A DNA stretch of 64,000 nt, from positions 960,001-1,024,000 of the forward strand of contig CAVTBR010000001.1 of NCBI GenBank assembly GCA_963733055.1, read 5' to 3'. The position numbers were made by a program, and so were the translations under genes. The notes beneath the pieces were generated by a model. That model worked only from the letters and a program-made list of their open reading frames with translations. It made no database searches and was not told where the DNA came from. Position 1 is the first letter of the stretch, and the number at the start of each line of letters is the position of its first letter. The stretch is from Candidatus Bathyarchaeota archaeon. Its GTDB lineage: Archaea > Thermoproteota > Bathyarchaeia > 40CM-2-53-6. Positions 10,206 to 20,713 of the stretch are shown here, one piece after another.

Positions 10206-11525
10206 TTACCGTGGGACAATGGCGGAAAGCTGGTAGCCTGTGGTCACTAGGAAAAGTACTACGAGCAGGAGTGCGGCGATTCGAATTGGTTTACGGTTGA
10301 TCAAGATCGTGAACCCTGATCGCGTGGACAGAGGGGAGAGGACTTCAGAAGCTGTCAATAAGAACACGGACATCACTGCCGCCCACAAGTTCACGTTTCC
10401 CAGGGTCAACGGGAGGTATGGAATTGTAATTTGCGCCGCTTGCGAAGAGGGAGGAACTTGAGTGTTGGGGTGTGCGTTCAGATAAGTAGGGTCTTGGTAA
10501 ATTATTGTCCACTCAATTGGCCGATTCGAATACGTTGAGTTCAAGGTAATGGACGTTTGATTGGTCACAGTTTGGGCGAGCGGCACTATGTTCGTGGAAA
10601 CTACGTCGATGAATTTGGCTCCCTTTGGTAACGTGATGTGGAAAGTTTCTGGTACGGGGTTCCCATATTGCTCGTATCTTTGATACAATGATTCATACCA
10701 GGTCAAGGCGAATTGCCCCCCATACCATCCACTAAGAGCATTCAAACCGGTCGTGAGGTCAAAACTCAAGACAAATGAGTAACCGTCCCTACGTGGTCCG
10801 CTAAAATCCACGACATAGTATTCATTCTGATCGCTGTCTTCTTGAGTTATGACTTGAAGTGAATTATGAGTAGTTCTGTCGTATGCTGTCACGTTTGCTG
10901 CATTTGGTAGGTATAACGGATAGGAGGTCCAACTTTGATTTGTGGGGTGAATTGTCACCGTCAAGTTTGCGTGAATGCGTGGAGGTACGGACTGTAGGAT
11001 TTCTAAGCTCCAATGATCATTCTCCATGATAATAGCGCTGAGCGTGAAGGAGGCGGAGTATAATTGGTTTCCATTAGCTAGGACTGTTAACGTCCAAGAT
11101 CCAAACATGGTGTTCGCGGGGCTATAGCTTCCAATGTTCAAGTTGGAAGTTACCGTGCAAGGTGTTGCGGTACACTGCGCTTCTTGGGTTCGATTGTAAT
11201 ACAACTGTCCGTCAGGGTTGTACCACTGCCAAGTGAAGTTCACAGCGTAGAAGGAAGCTACTAAGTAGGTGTAGACTTCCGGGTCGTTTTGAGTGAAGCT
11301 TGAAGTCTTATTCAGTGGAATCACATTCCCGTTATTCTGAGCGTAAGTTATGTTCTTGGCGAACCCATGATCAATTACTAGTATGGCTGCTTGTGATGCG
11401 TTAACTCGCGTACTCCCCCCACCCTCCCACTTCGCGCTACTCAAACCGAGGAGTATGATGAGAAGAAAAATGACCAACAAGCGTACTATAAGCTTCCTAG
11501 TTGGCAGGGCGCGTACCCCACGCAC
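10206..11525 (-). CDS. Secreted/membrane-anchored hypothetical protein
   Basis: Signal anchor, Ig-like WQWYNPDG domain, many NxS/T sequons, two C-terminal TM helices. Confidence 0.75.
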   Translation of the reverse strand: MRGVRALPTRKLIVRLLVIFLLIILLGLSSAKWEGGGSTRVNASQAAILVIDHGFAKNITYAQNNGNVIPLNKTSSFTQNDPEVYTYLVASFYAVNFTWQWYNPDGQLYYNRTQEAQCTATPCTVTSNLNIGSYSPANTMFGSWTLTVLANGNQLYSASFTLSAIIMENDHWSLEILQSVPPRIHANLTVTIHPTNQSWTSYPLYLPNAANVTAYDRTTHNSLQVITQEDSDQNEYYVVDFSGPRRDGYSFVLSFDLTTGLNALSGWYGGQFALTWYESLYQRYEQYGNPVPETFHITLPKGAKFIDVVSTNIVPLAQTVTNQTSITLNSTYSNRPIEWTIIYQDPTYLNAHPNTQVPPSSQAAQITIPYLPLTLGNVNLWAAVMSVFLLTASEVLSPLSTRSGFTILINRKPIRIAALLLVVLFLVTTGYQLSAIVPR

Positions 11526-11698
11526 CTATCATTCGTGGTCCTGATAAACGCAGCTTTTTCACGGCCCATTAGAGAAAACTTGGCCAGGTTTAAGGATTCA
11601 ATGATTGAGAACCGGCAAAACGCCGGGCTGATCAAGTTCTTCGTACAGAACCGCCATAAACCCTATAGCATAACTCGTCAGGAGTGAGGTGAGAAAAT

Positions 11699-12667
11699 TT
11701 GCTTGAAACGGGCGCTCCAAGAATTAGTCAGCCAAAAGACCGTGTAATTTCGAGATTACTTTCGTCAAGGCCGGTTAGGAAGGATGATGTTACCGTAGTA
11801 GTGCCCGTTCTGAATGAGGAAGGGGCCATAGGGATGGTGTTGGATGATTTGTTCAGTAACGGATATCGGCACGTGTTGGTCGTTGACGGATACTCGAAAG
11901 ACAAAACGGTTCAGGTAGCGGAAAGCAAAGGCGTGAATGTCGTTCAGCAGCATGGCACGGGTAAGACGGGCGCGATCAAGACTGCGATAGACCTCGTCCC
12001 AACTCCTTACATGCTGGTAATGGATGGCGATTATACGTACGCCGCCGGGGACATCGAGAAATTTCTTGGCCATGCCCATAACTACGACCAGATAGTGGGG
12101 ATACGTAGAAGAGAGAACATTAGTCGGCTTCACAAGTTAGGGAACGAGGTTATTTCGAAATGTTTCAATCTGATGTTTGACACCGCGCTATCCGACGTCT
12201 GCTCGGGCATGTACTTGTTAAGAACCGAGGCTGCAAAAGGCCTCGACCTGCATAGCGGCGGTTTTAACGTTGATGTGGAAATCATTGCTCAGATAGCGGT
12301 GCATGGCGAGATTACAGAGGTACCGATAGAATATCGCACTAGGATAGGAGAACCCAAGTTGTCAACTTGGAAGAATGGTACACAAATCATCTATTCGGTC
12401 CTGATCTGGACTAGGATTTATAATCCTGTTTTCATTTTCTCGATTATTGCCGCCTTAGCCCTTATACCCGGTCTAATGGCTTTGATTTGGGTGGGGGCAA
12501 TGTGGCTGCTGCGAGGGATCTTCTATAGTGGTTGGGCTCTGCTTGCAATGATCCTGTTACTCGGCGCCGGCGAAGCCCTCACCGTTGGATCGATCTCACT
12601 CCTCATCAAACGCTCGGAGGCGAGAATCACAAAACGACTAAAAGAGGTCGGGTCGTCGCGTTACTGA
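11699..12667 (+). CDS. GT2 dolichol-phosphate glycosyltransferase-like protein
   Basis: VVPVLNEE, VVDGYSKDKT, MDGDYTY, RIGEPKL, two C-terminal TM helices. Confidence 0.9.
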   Translation: MLETGAPRISQPKDRVISRLLSSRPVRKDDVTVVVPVLNEEGAIGMVLDDLFSNGYRHVLVVDGYSKDKTVQVAESKGVNVVQQHGTGKTGAIKTAIDLVPTPYMLVMDGDYTYAAGDIEKFLGHAHNYDQIVGIRRRENISRLHKLGNEVISKCFNLMFDTALSDVCSGMYLLRTEAAKGLDLHSGGFNVDVEIIAQIAVHGEITEVPIEYRTRIGEPKLSTWKNGTQIIYSVLIWTRIYNPVFIFSIIAALALIPGLMALIWVGAMWLLRGIFYSGWALLAMILLLGAGEALTVGSISLLIKRSEARITKRLKEVGSSRY

Positions 12668-12748
12668 GCGAAAGAATCGCATGCTAGAACTGACGATCGG
12701 ATCCCTGAAAGTCGCCACAATGATGTTTTTGCTTTTGAGAAATACTGC

Positions 12749-13885
12749 CTAGCGTGCTTTGTTCTCAACACTTATGTCTTTGTCGACGTTTGCCTTCGCA
12801 TCCGGAACTAGCTGAAGCATTTCTTCTTCTTCATACTTCACATTTGCAACTGCCGTTAACTTCTTTTCGGAAACTGATCTGTTGACGGCTTCAAGAGTTT
12901 CGACGGTTCGAGGTCCGGTAAGGTCGATGGAGCGGTCTCCCTTTGCGACGCGGTCTGCAAACTGCTCGATTTGAGACACCATCCCGTTGCTTGGAGTTAC
13001 TGGAATCTGAAAGCTCGAATCCAGGGAGCGTTGGACTAGAAGTTGCCTGATGCAGTCGATTGTTAAAGTTCCTGCGGAGCCTACGATTGTTACCTCCTTA
13101 ACGTTCTGCGTATGAAGCCAACTAAGTTCGATGTGGGCAATCATGTTGCCGGTATATTCAGCTAGAATGTAGGCTACGTCGTGGTGTGTCCCAGGGTTTC
13201 GGTATGTTCTTCCAACACCGGTTACGTCCTCGGGCCATTCGCCGAGAAGTAGATTCAGAGCATCGAGTGGTTCATGTGCTAGGTCGGAGATTATGTCTCC
13301 GTCCATAGAGGAATTCTGGTCTGTCCAGCGGGCTTTGACGTGATAGAGTTTTCCGAGCTCTCCTCCGTTAAGCATTTCACTTGCAACCTGAAGGGCTCTG
13401 TTGAACCTTATTGGGTGGCTAATTTCGACTAGTAGGCCCTTTTCTTTTGCAAGGTCCACTAGGTGATAGGATTCGTGTGAGCTTAGCGTCATTGGCGTCT
13501 CTACCAGAACATTCTTGCCCGCTTCTAGCGCCATCTTCACTAATTCATAGTGCGTTTGGGCTGGGGTAGCTATGTGAACAATTTTTATCCCCCGGTCTTC
13601 CAGCATATCATGAACGTCTTGTGTGAGCATCTCCTCTGTAATGGAGGAGGTTTCTTTGTTTATGAGCAAGGCTCCTAATGCTGCGATGGAGCTATCGCAT
13701 ATCTTGAGTAGCTTGACCTTCCCTCTCCGTTGGGCGTCGAGGTATTCAGCTACAAGCTTGCTTCCCGATATGCCTGCTCCGACGATTGCTACGCCGATTC
13801 TTTCACTAAACCTACCCCCAACAGAGTCGGGCGAATCAACATCAGCGAAAGTTGGAACTAACTTCGAGGGGGCTTTCGCGATCAT
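12749..13885 (-). CDS. Gfo/Idh/MocA family oxidoreductase (atypical active site)
   Basis: IVGAGISG, IATPAQTH, GKNVLVETPM. Confidence 0.85.
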   Translation of the reverse strand: MIAKAPSKLVPTFADVDSPDSVGGRFSERIGVAIVGAGISGSKLVAEYLDAQRRGKVKLLKICDSSIAALGALLINKETSSITEEMLTQDVHDMLEDRGIKIVHIATPAQTHYELVKMALEAGKNVLVETPMTLSSHESYHLVDLAKEKGLLVEISHPIRFNRALQVASEMLNGGELGKLYHVKARWTDQNSSMDGDIISDLAHEPLDALNLLLGEWPEDVTGVGRTYRNPGTHHDVAYILAEYTGNMIAHIELSWLHTQNVKEVTIVGSAGTLTIDCIRQLLVQRSLDSSFQIPVTPSNGMVSQIEQFADRVAKGDRSIDLTGPRTVETLEAVNRSVSEKKLTAVANVKYEEEEMLQLVPDAKANVDKDISVENKAR

Positions 13886-14128
13886 AATTTACAACTCCAC
13901 AACGGTAATAATTGCAGAATTTCGTATAAAGGATACTGAGACCTTACTTCAGTAACTGTGGTGACAGTTCCAGGTAATTCTAAAACATATCGAATGAAAC
14001 ATCTTTGACCCACGGTCAGAACATCCTTCGTTTTGAAATGACAAGAATACTTACGTCAAAACTTAACAAACTAAACTTTCGCTCAACCCGTCACCGTCCG
14101 GAATACCTGCAGGGCGAAAGGAAGGGAG

Positions 14129-14581
14129 TTACGAGGAACTGGCGGCGTCTGGTTTGTCTGGGTTTCGTTCAGTTCTCGGACTCTGTTTCTGGGTCCATAT
14201 TACGGCGATGGATACAATGAAAGAGATGAAGAAAGCTGATTCCCCAAAGTAGTCCAATCGGATTGGCAACCAAGTCGCGACCGCCCAGTAGAGTGCTCCT
14301 GGATAGACAAGTTGCATAGCTATGACATAGAGCCACACGGCGAAGGTGTACCCCCATACGAGCAGTAAGAGCGCTTTAGCGCGATAACGTCTTCGCTCGG
14401 CCCGTTGCGTACTGTGTTTGACCACTATGTCGGGTTCGCTTTTGGGTTCGGCTTTAATTTGCCTGGCCGCTTCATTCTCAATGGCACCGAGAAACGATTT
14501 GGCATCATCCTTCGAGAATCCGATCGCCTTCAGCGTGTCGTACGGTCTGTAAAGCTCATCGAGTTCCTTTTCGGTTACCAT
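14129..14581 (-). CDS. Hypothetical 2-TM protein, paralog A
   Basis: Close paralog of 16382..16837 (ELYRPYDTLKAIGF; WLPIRLDYFGE). Confidence 0.85.
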   Translation of the reverse strand: MVTEKELDELYRPYDTLKAIGFSKDDAKSFLGAIENEAARQIKAEPKSEPDIVVKHSTQRAERRRYRAKALLLLVWGYTFAVWLYVIAMQLVYPGALYWAVATWLPIRLDYFGESAFFISFIVSIAVIWTQKQSPRTERNPDKPDAASSS

Positions 14582-14624
14582 TAAACTCGTCGCTAATTTT
14601 GAGATGGCCCGTCATATTAGTTCG

Positions 14625-14647
14625 CTGACCCTGATCGATCAGGTCAG
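14625..14647. promoter_or_regulatory. Near-perfect palindrome upstream of paralog A
   Basis: ctgaccctgatcgatcaggtcag, a dyad centred on GATCGATC. Confidence 0.5.
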
Positions 14648-15135
14648 AGGTGACACGTGATACACTGCCAGGAATATTCTTGCGAGATGCGTGAGGTTCG
14701 CGCCAATCGCGAATCCCGTTGAAGCGATGGTACAAGAAAGTTTCCTCAACTCATGCGGCACGCTTGCAGGCGAAGGTAGGGGATGAACTATGTTCCAGTT
14801 GAGCCGCCATCTGAATGAACTGAATGGCAGAGGTTCCTGCTTTCCCGAAACCGCTGGAGCTAGTGAACGCCTTCGTCGACGCGTTTGAATTAAGAACGGT
14901 CGTCGCAGAAAATCTAGCAGAGCCAAGAGCAAAAAGAATTCCGATAAACGGCGCATTGAAAATCATCAGTAAATCCCGATGAGTCGGTACGACCCCCCCA
15001 GGAGGAGTACCCGCTCCATGGCATGAACGCCCTTCGTTCTGTGCATGCAGCTGCTATGGGCTATTTCCTTTCAACTATTTTGTAACTGTTCTATGTTGGG
15101 AAGTCTTTTAAGACCGGTACGTTGCAGTTCCGTTT

Positions 15136-15867
15136 ATGACGAGTCAGCGTACCGCCCTGTTTGTGGCCCTATTCCTCCTCTCCCCGCTCACCATAACCAT
15201 CCCACTCACAACCCTCACCTCCATCCACTCAACCAGCTACAAAACCTCCGAAGAAACAACGGTGACCGCTACCTCCGTCGTCCTACGCACCTATTTCGGG
15301 TCGACGCAAGGAACCACGATTGTTCAGGCGCCGATGAATCTCTCTCCAAGGGTTATCGGTTTCGTGGCGCCTAAGGGCAAGTGCAGTCAATTCGTGTTGC
15401 CTGTCTCTGTTACCTCGGGTTCAATTCTGAACTTGAAAATGACCTCGAACAATCCCGCCAACCTCTATCTCCTCCCCACATACACGTTCCAAACCTCAAC
15501 AGACGGTTGCAACCTAGTCGGCTCTGCGCTTTTCACCGCGAGTAACTTCACTGCCTACACCCTCCGCTGGACTGCGCCGATGGGTGGCGTATTCTACCTC
15601 CTCCTCACCGGCCCCACGACGATCATTATGCTGAGCGACGGGGGAAGTACGCACCCCGTCAAGCAGAACGGCACTGTAACATTCGCGACGAGCACAGAAA
15701 CCAATCTCATCGACTACGCATCTACAAGCACGACAACCTACACGGCCACCACGGTAAACAAAGGTCCACTCTACCTTCAACCTCCGACTCTACCTAGCCT
15801 AGAATTAGTTGGGGTCCTGATCGTGTGTCTCGGACTAATCCTGGTCGTCGCTTCGAGGAGGCGGTAA
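15136..15867 (+). CDS. Secreted Thr-rich surface protein with C-terminal TM anchor
   Basis: Signal peptide, Thr-rich segments, TM helix followed by RRR. Confidence 0.8.
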   Translation: MTSQRTALFVALFLLSPLTITIPLTTLTSIHSTSYKTSEETTVTATSVVLRTYFGSTQGTTIVQAPMNLSPRVIGFVAPKGKCSQFVLPVSVTSGSILNLKMTSNNPANLYLLPTYTFQTSTDGCNLVGSALFTASNFTAYTLRWTAPMGGVFYLLLTGPTTIIMLSDGGSTHPVKQNGTVTFATSTETNLIDYASTSTTTYTATTVNKGPLYLQPPTLPSLELVGVLIVCLGLILVVASRRR

Positions 15868-15898
15868 GGATTAACCTGTGGGCCCGTGGGCTGTCCGT

Positions 15899-16219
15899 TT
15901 ACCGTTCTGTGCCGAGGGAGGCTTCCAAAACTTTCCTCTTACCACTCGCAATCTCTGAATGTTTCTGCAGTTCATAGAAGTCTGATAGGAACTCGAGCCC
16001 GCGCGGCGTGATGTTGTAGGTTCGCTCCCCTTTTTCCATCTCCTTGACCTCCACCAAACCCAGTTCCTCAAGCTGTTTCAGGTATTTCTGTACCAAGTCG
16101 AAGCTTAGGTTTCCAAGGTACATGATGCGTGTCTTACGGGACCCCTGCTTCGCTAACTCCAGTATGTCAGCTGTGATCTGAATCTTGTTCCTGTACTGCC
16201 GCTTGCCCAACCTCGCCAC
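15899..16219 (-). CDS. Archaeal winged-helix transcriptional regulator (COG3432-like)
   Basis: YRNKIQITADIL...KTRIMYLGNLS...YNITPRG. Confidence 0.88.
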   Translation of the reverse strand: MARLGKRQYRNKIQITADILELAKQGSRKTRIMYLGNLSFDLVQKYLKQLEELGLVEVKEMEKGERTYNITPRGLEFLSDFYELQKHSEIASGKRKVLEASLGTER

Positions 16220-16248
16220 TCAGCCTACCTCAGCCTGCTCCACTTTAG

Positions 16249-16295
16249 AGAACATTGTCATTAGATGTTCTAGAAAAGTGTTCTACTTGAACATC
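16249..16295. promoter_or_regulatory. Inverted-repeat cluster (GAACA/TGTTC x4) upstream of the wHTH gene
   Basis: agaacat 16249, atgttct 16265, tgttcta 16279, gaacatc 16289. Confidence 0.45.
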
Positions 16296-16381
16296 CACTT
16301 GACAAATAACCCAACTCTTGGCGTTCTAAGCTCTGGCTTTCGCTTCTAACTGCGAAGCGTTTCAGTGATGCAAACGGAAGG

Positions 16382-16837
16382 CTACGTTGATTGAGTAGCG
16401 GTCGATTTGGCTTGTCGTCTTCCGGATCTCAGATTCAAACCCGTGTTCATCATCGTTACCGCGGCGGCCATTATGAAGGAGAAAACGAACGCTGCCTCTC
16501 CGAAATAATCCAGTCGGATTGGCAACCAGGTCGCAAGTGGCCAGTAGATTGATTGCGGATAGAAGAGCTGCATTGCTATGACGTAGAGCCAAACCGCGAA
16601 GGCGTACCCCCACGCCACCAATAGGACACCCTTAGACCGAGAACGCCTTAACTCGGACCGTTGCGTGGAATACTTCACGACTCTCTCGGCTTCAGCTTTA
16701 GGTTCAGTAATTGTTTGGTTCTCCGCCGCTTTCGCAATTTCAGTCAGAAACGATTTGGCCTCATCCGTACCGAACCCAATTGCTTTCAGTGTATCGTAGG
16801 GTCTGTAAAGTTCGTTTAATTCCTTCTCGGATACCAT
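16382..16837 (-). CDS. Hypothetical 2-TM protein, paralog B
   Basis: Start placed at MVSEKELNELYRPYD by alignment with paralog A. Confidence 0.85.
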   Translation of the reverse strand: MVSEKELNELYRPYDTLKAIGFGTDEAKSFLTEIAKAAENQTITEPKAEAERVVKYSTQRSELRRSRSKGVLLVAWGYAFAVWLYVIAMQLFYPQSIYWPLATWLPIRLDYFGEAAFVFSFIMAAAVTMMNTGLNLRSGRRQAKSTATQST

Positions 16838-16882
16838 CAAACTCGCTACAAACGCTAACGTGGCTCTATCATTTTTGTTAGC

Positions 16883-16912
16883 TGTCACTGGCCGATCGAT
16901 CCACAAGTGACA
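16883..16912. promoter_or_regulatory. Dyad upstream of paralog B
   Basis: tgtcact-N4-gatcgatc-N4-agtgaca. Confidence 0.5.
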
Positions 16913-17101
16913 TGCCTATACATTCCGTACCCTGGGCCAACACACCCGGTAGAATTTAACGATCCCTGCCTGAGGTTACTAATTATCCAGGAATCCGTGT
17001 ATAGTCTTTCAGAAAGTAAGTATATGATTTAGTTTCTATAGAAACCGTCGATGACAGCAATGTTTTATTAATCTGGAAAACGGAGGGACTATTGGTTTGC
17101 T

Positions 17102-17293
17102 TTGGTCGAGCCGATGTGTGATGTCTGTCATCGCTCACCACGAAAGAGAGACGACTTACTCTGCTCAGATTGCAGCTATTACTACACTCTCCTCATCGAA
17201 CTACTCGATCGGGACCCGCATCCGGATTTCGAGCGACTCACGCAAATCTTCGAATGGCGCAGGGCCCAAGCCAAAACAGTTCAGTACGGTTAA
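17102..17293 (+). CDS. Small Zn-ribbon protein
   Basis: CDVC...DDLLCSDC, similar to the N-terminus of 3900..4958; AT-rich TATA-like element upstream. Confidence 0.7.
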   Translation: MVEPMCDVCHRSPRKRDDLLCSDCSYYYTLLIELLDRDPHPDFERLTQIFEWRRAQAKTVQYG

Positions 17294-17344
17294 AGTACGA
17301 TTAGGCTGAGCCCTCACCCTCGTACGATTGCCCCAAAAGAAATC

Positions 17345-18301
17345 TTAGATGATGTGAGAGGGTCTGTCAATTAGGGCCTGAACACCGTCTCTCAACTCCA
17401 CTTTACTCCGAAAGCCTAGCGTTTCCATCGCCTTAGTTACATCGGCGTAACTGTCTTTGATATCGCCCCGCCTAGGCTCTAGGTAGACGGGGACGATCTG
17501 GCCCTTTCCGCTTAAGTCGGCTAATAGAGATACGAGGGCGTTGATCGAAGTCGATTGTCCCGTTCCAATGTTGAATGTTTCGCCCATTCCTCTCTCCGCC
17601 CGCAGTCCCAGTAGGTTAGCTCTGACCACGTCTGAGACATGAATGAAATCGCGGCTCTGTTCCCCATCCCCGAAGATTCGGGGCTGTATCCCCTTACGAA
17701 GTTTGTTAAGGAAAATTGAGATTACTCCGCCGTAAGGGTTCGCGCTCTGCCTCCTCCCATATGCGTTGAAGTACCGGAAGCATATCGTCTCCAAACCGAA
17801 AGTTTGGTAAAACGCTCCACAGTACTTCTCCCCTGCCAGTTTCGATACCCCGTAGGGAGTGACTGGTTGTAACGGGTTGTTTTCTCCAATCGGTAGAATC
17901 TTCTGGTTTCCATAAACCGCGCATGAGGATGCGTAGACGACTCTCTTCACGCCGTTCTTCTGGGCAGCTCGTAGAATATTCAATGTCCCCTCCACGTTCA
18001 CCTCATTCGTTAACTCGGGCTTCTTGACAGAAATGAATGGGCTTACGATCGCTGCCAGGTGTATAATGGCATCAACTTTTTGGGCGATAGATTCGACTAC
18101 ACGGTAGCTAGTGAGGCTATTTCGCCTGAACTGGAAACGAGGGTTTCTGCGTAAGTGGCGGATGTTGCGAAGCGAGCCGCTGGAGAGGTCGTCAAGAATC
18201 CATACTTTCACTTCTTCGTCGAGCAGCGCATCGGTCGTGTGGCTTCCAATGAAACCCGCTCCCCCAGTTACCAGGACGCGATCAAATCTTGTATCCGCCA
18301 A
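17345..18301 (-). CDS. NAD-dependent epimerase/dehydratase (UDP-glucose 4-epimerase-like)
   Basis: TGGAGFIG, YGVSK, RYFNAYG, GDGEQSRDFIHV. Confidence 0.93.
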   Translation of the reverse strand: MADTRFDRVLVTGGAGFIGSHTTDALLDEEVKVWILDDLSSGSLRNIRHLRRNPRFQFRRNSLTSYRVVESIAQKVDAIIHLAAIVSPFISVKKPELTNEVNVEGTLNILRAAQKNGVKRVVYASSCAVYGNQKILPIGENNPLQPVTPYGVSKLAGEKYCGAFYQTFGLETICFRYFNAYGRRQSANPYGGVISIFLNKLRKGIQPRIFGDGEQSRDFIHVSDVVRANLLGLRAERGMGETFNIGTGQSTSINALVSLLADLSGKGQIVPVYLEPRRGDIKDSYADVTKAMETLGFRSKVELRDGVQALIDRPSHII

Positions 18302-18477
18302 ATGGTTCTCACTATTAGGCGATTGACTGTGAGCTGCTCATGTTCATCTTATACTAAATGATGACTTCGGTCCTGCGCACGAGAAAGATCGAAGTTTCGC
18401 TGCAGCTTCAGGAAGCGAATGAATAGGTCCAGTCTCTGATACAGTAAAAAGAGGGCGCTTGCAAACAGAAATCTTAC

Positions 18478-19146
18478 CTATGTGCCGGTCATGTAGAAGC
18501 TGTATGGGGCATTGTATTCTCCAACATTTTCCGAATTGTAGGGTAGGATGAGGTTGCCGCTACCGTACTGGTAAGGGTTAGCACCGAAATTGATTGTCGG
18601 AAAACCAAGTGCATATGATGCTGGGAATCCGTACATGAAGTACCCGTAATTGTACAGGAATTGGCCAGGGTAGGCCCCGGTATACGTGAAGCGGTAAATC
18701 AGTCCGTAAGATTGCTTAGGTAAGACTGCAAGCCAGTAAACACCTGCCGAGGATATGGTCAGGTAATCTGAGGCTTGAAGGCTCCAAGTCTCCCAAGCCG
18801 GACCAAAATCGCCAGTCTTGAAGCAGTACCCGTTGTGGGTCGCTGCGATTAGCGGCTCATTGAGAGGGTTACTTTGGCCGTAGGCTCCACCATTATCCGC
18901 GTAGATTCCGAACTTCAGACACTGACTACCATCCGAACCCGAGTATTGCAAGTACATGGACACTGATTGGATGGTGGTTGGTTGGGTGACCGTGATCTTC
19001 GTCAATGCTTCAACGTACTGCGCGTTGAATGTAGTCGTCGCAGGTTCAACATTCGTATCACCGAGAACAGTCGAAGCGAAGACAGGTGCGCTGATTGTTG
19101 CGAATGAGAGGAGAATTAGAACCGCGCATGTTACCTTCCGCATCAT
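18478..19146 (-). CDS. Secreted Tyr/Gly-rich hypothetical protein
   Basis: Signal peptide from MMRKVTCAV; beta-rich domain. Confidence 0.7.
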   Translation of the reverse strand: MMRKVTCAVLILLSFATISAPVFASTVLGDTNVEPATTTFNAQYVEALTKITVTQPTTIQSVSMYLQYSGSDGSQCLKFGIYADNGGAYGQSNPLNEPLIAATHNGYCFKTGDFGPAWETWSLQASDYLTISSAGVYWLAVLPKQSYGLIYRFTYTGAYPGQFLYNYGYFMYGFPASYALGFPTINFGANPYQYGSGNLILPYNSENVGEYNAPYSFYMTGT

Positions 19147-19263
19147 CTTGATTTCAACAGAGTACTCTGACCATAGGCTCGTATTAGAATGCTCGCCTAG
19201 AAAGTAATCCCCATGGATGAGGATCTCCATGCCGAACCCACCTAACCATGCAGAAATTCGTAC

Positions 19264-20569
19264 CTAACCCGGTACTAGGACAGTAACGAAGACGTTTTGA
19301 ATTAGGTGGCCGCTGGTCGCAGTAATCTCTATCACATAACTCCCCGGCTGCGCGGGCGCGGCGACGTTTACCTCAACGTTCCATGACGCGGGCGACGTAT
19401 TGAGTGCGTATGTGGGCGGCATATTTGAAACAGTCAAACCGGGAGGGAGGCTTGAAGTAGAGAGTTGGACGCTACCCCGCCAATCTCTAATGCTTGTGAG
19501 GTTTAGCGTGAAATCCGTCGACCCGGTGAAATCGCCCGGAGGCAGGAAAACCGTCGGCCTCGAAACACTCAAGTTGAAGCCGGGGCTTTGCTGCAGGCGG
19601 TAGTTGGCGACCACGGTTTCCGACACAGGAGGGAACTGTGTAGTTGAGGGTAGCGGAGATTGCGGACTGCATGCTCTGAGCGGACCAGTTCTGAAAATCA
19701 AACTCACATGAGTAGTTCACGCTTCCATCGGGCTTGAGACATGGGGCAGACTGCGGAGCGTACAGGAGGTGGGTCGTTCCGTTCGTCCAAGTGAATGTAT
19801 GTGGAGTCGTAAGCGGGGTTCCGTCCACTGATATTATGCTCTCACTTGCCGGGTCGGATGTGATCGTGATCTCTACCGGTTTGGACTGGGTTGTGGTATT
19901 GGACACGTTTTGTGGAGAGGTCGGGTTGGCCGCTGCGGGCGTCATAGGTGCGAATGTAGCGGTCTCTGTGATTGGTCCGTCCATAGTGACCGAGGCCGAG
20001 GCCGATGTGCCATTAAACGAACCTAAACCGGCACCAGCCCACGAGACGAAAGCGGACCCATTCCATGAAACGAATATGAAGCCGCTGTTTGGAGTGGCAA
20101 GTATCGGGACATTGGCGTACGCGTTCTGCCACTCTGTATCTGGAGTAGCTGTGCCTCCGGCAGTGGATTTGATGGTTAGGAGATACTGCTGCTGGTAGCC
20201 GGCCATGTAGATCGACGACGAGTTTGGCACTGTGATCGTGTGGGTCTGGTTCTCCCCGTCGGACCACGCCTCAAACACGAACCGACAGGCTGGACCGCAG
20301 CTCAGCAAGCTTACCGCAGACACGTTGTGAGTTGAACCGATCTGCCAACTAAACACCGTAGGCGTCACAATCATATTCCCATCAACCATAACCAGCTCCG
20401 CACCCTCAGGAAACGAGTCGAGCGTCACGGTAACATTCGGGGCGTTGTCGGTCTTGAGCGTCGCTGATGCTGGGGTAACTGAAGTTGTTGCGTGTGTAGT
20501 TGTAGTTGAGACGGCAACGATTAGGAAGAGCAGTAGTGTAGCGGCGCTAATTTGTGAGGCAGTGTGCAT
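19264..20569 (-). CDS. Secreted surface protein with bacterial/archaeal repeat (InlB-B/Flg_new-like) domains; +1 frameshift near 19630
   Basis: FEAWSDG, ATPNSGFIFVSW repeats; ...LNYTVP continues in another frame as VSETVVANYRLQQ. Confidence 0.75.
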
Positions 20570-20713
20570 GCTCTCTATTCCAGCCGGTCGGAGGTAAGTC
20601 TATGGACACATAATTCCATTGACGTTGAACTTAGAGGTATCAGAATAAGTCTCTACGGTCCCGTCCGCCTTCTCGGTTCTAGGTGCTAATGTAAGCTGTT
20701 GTTATCGACATTC

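Noticed and set aside
14639-15060. ORFs 14639..14956 and 14751..14966
   Set aside because: No motifs or convincing composition; coding status cannot be supported.
18358-18440. C/D box sRNA (ATGATGA...CTGA)
   Set aside because: The spacing of about 80 nt is long for archaea and no internal D'/C' boxes are evident.
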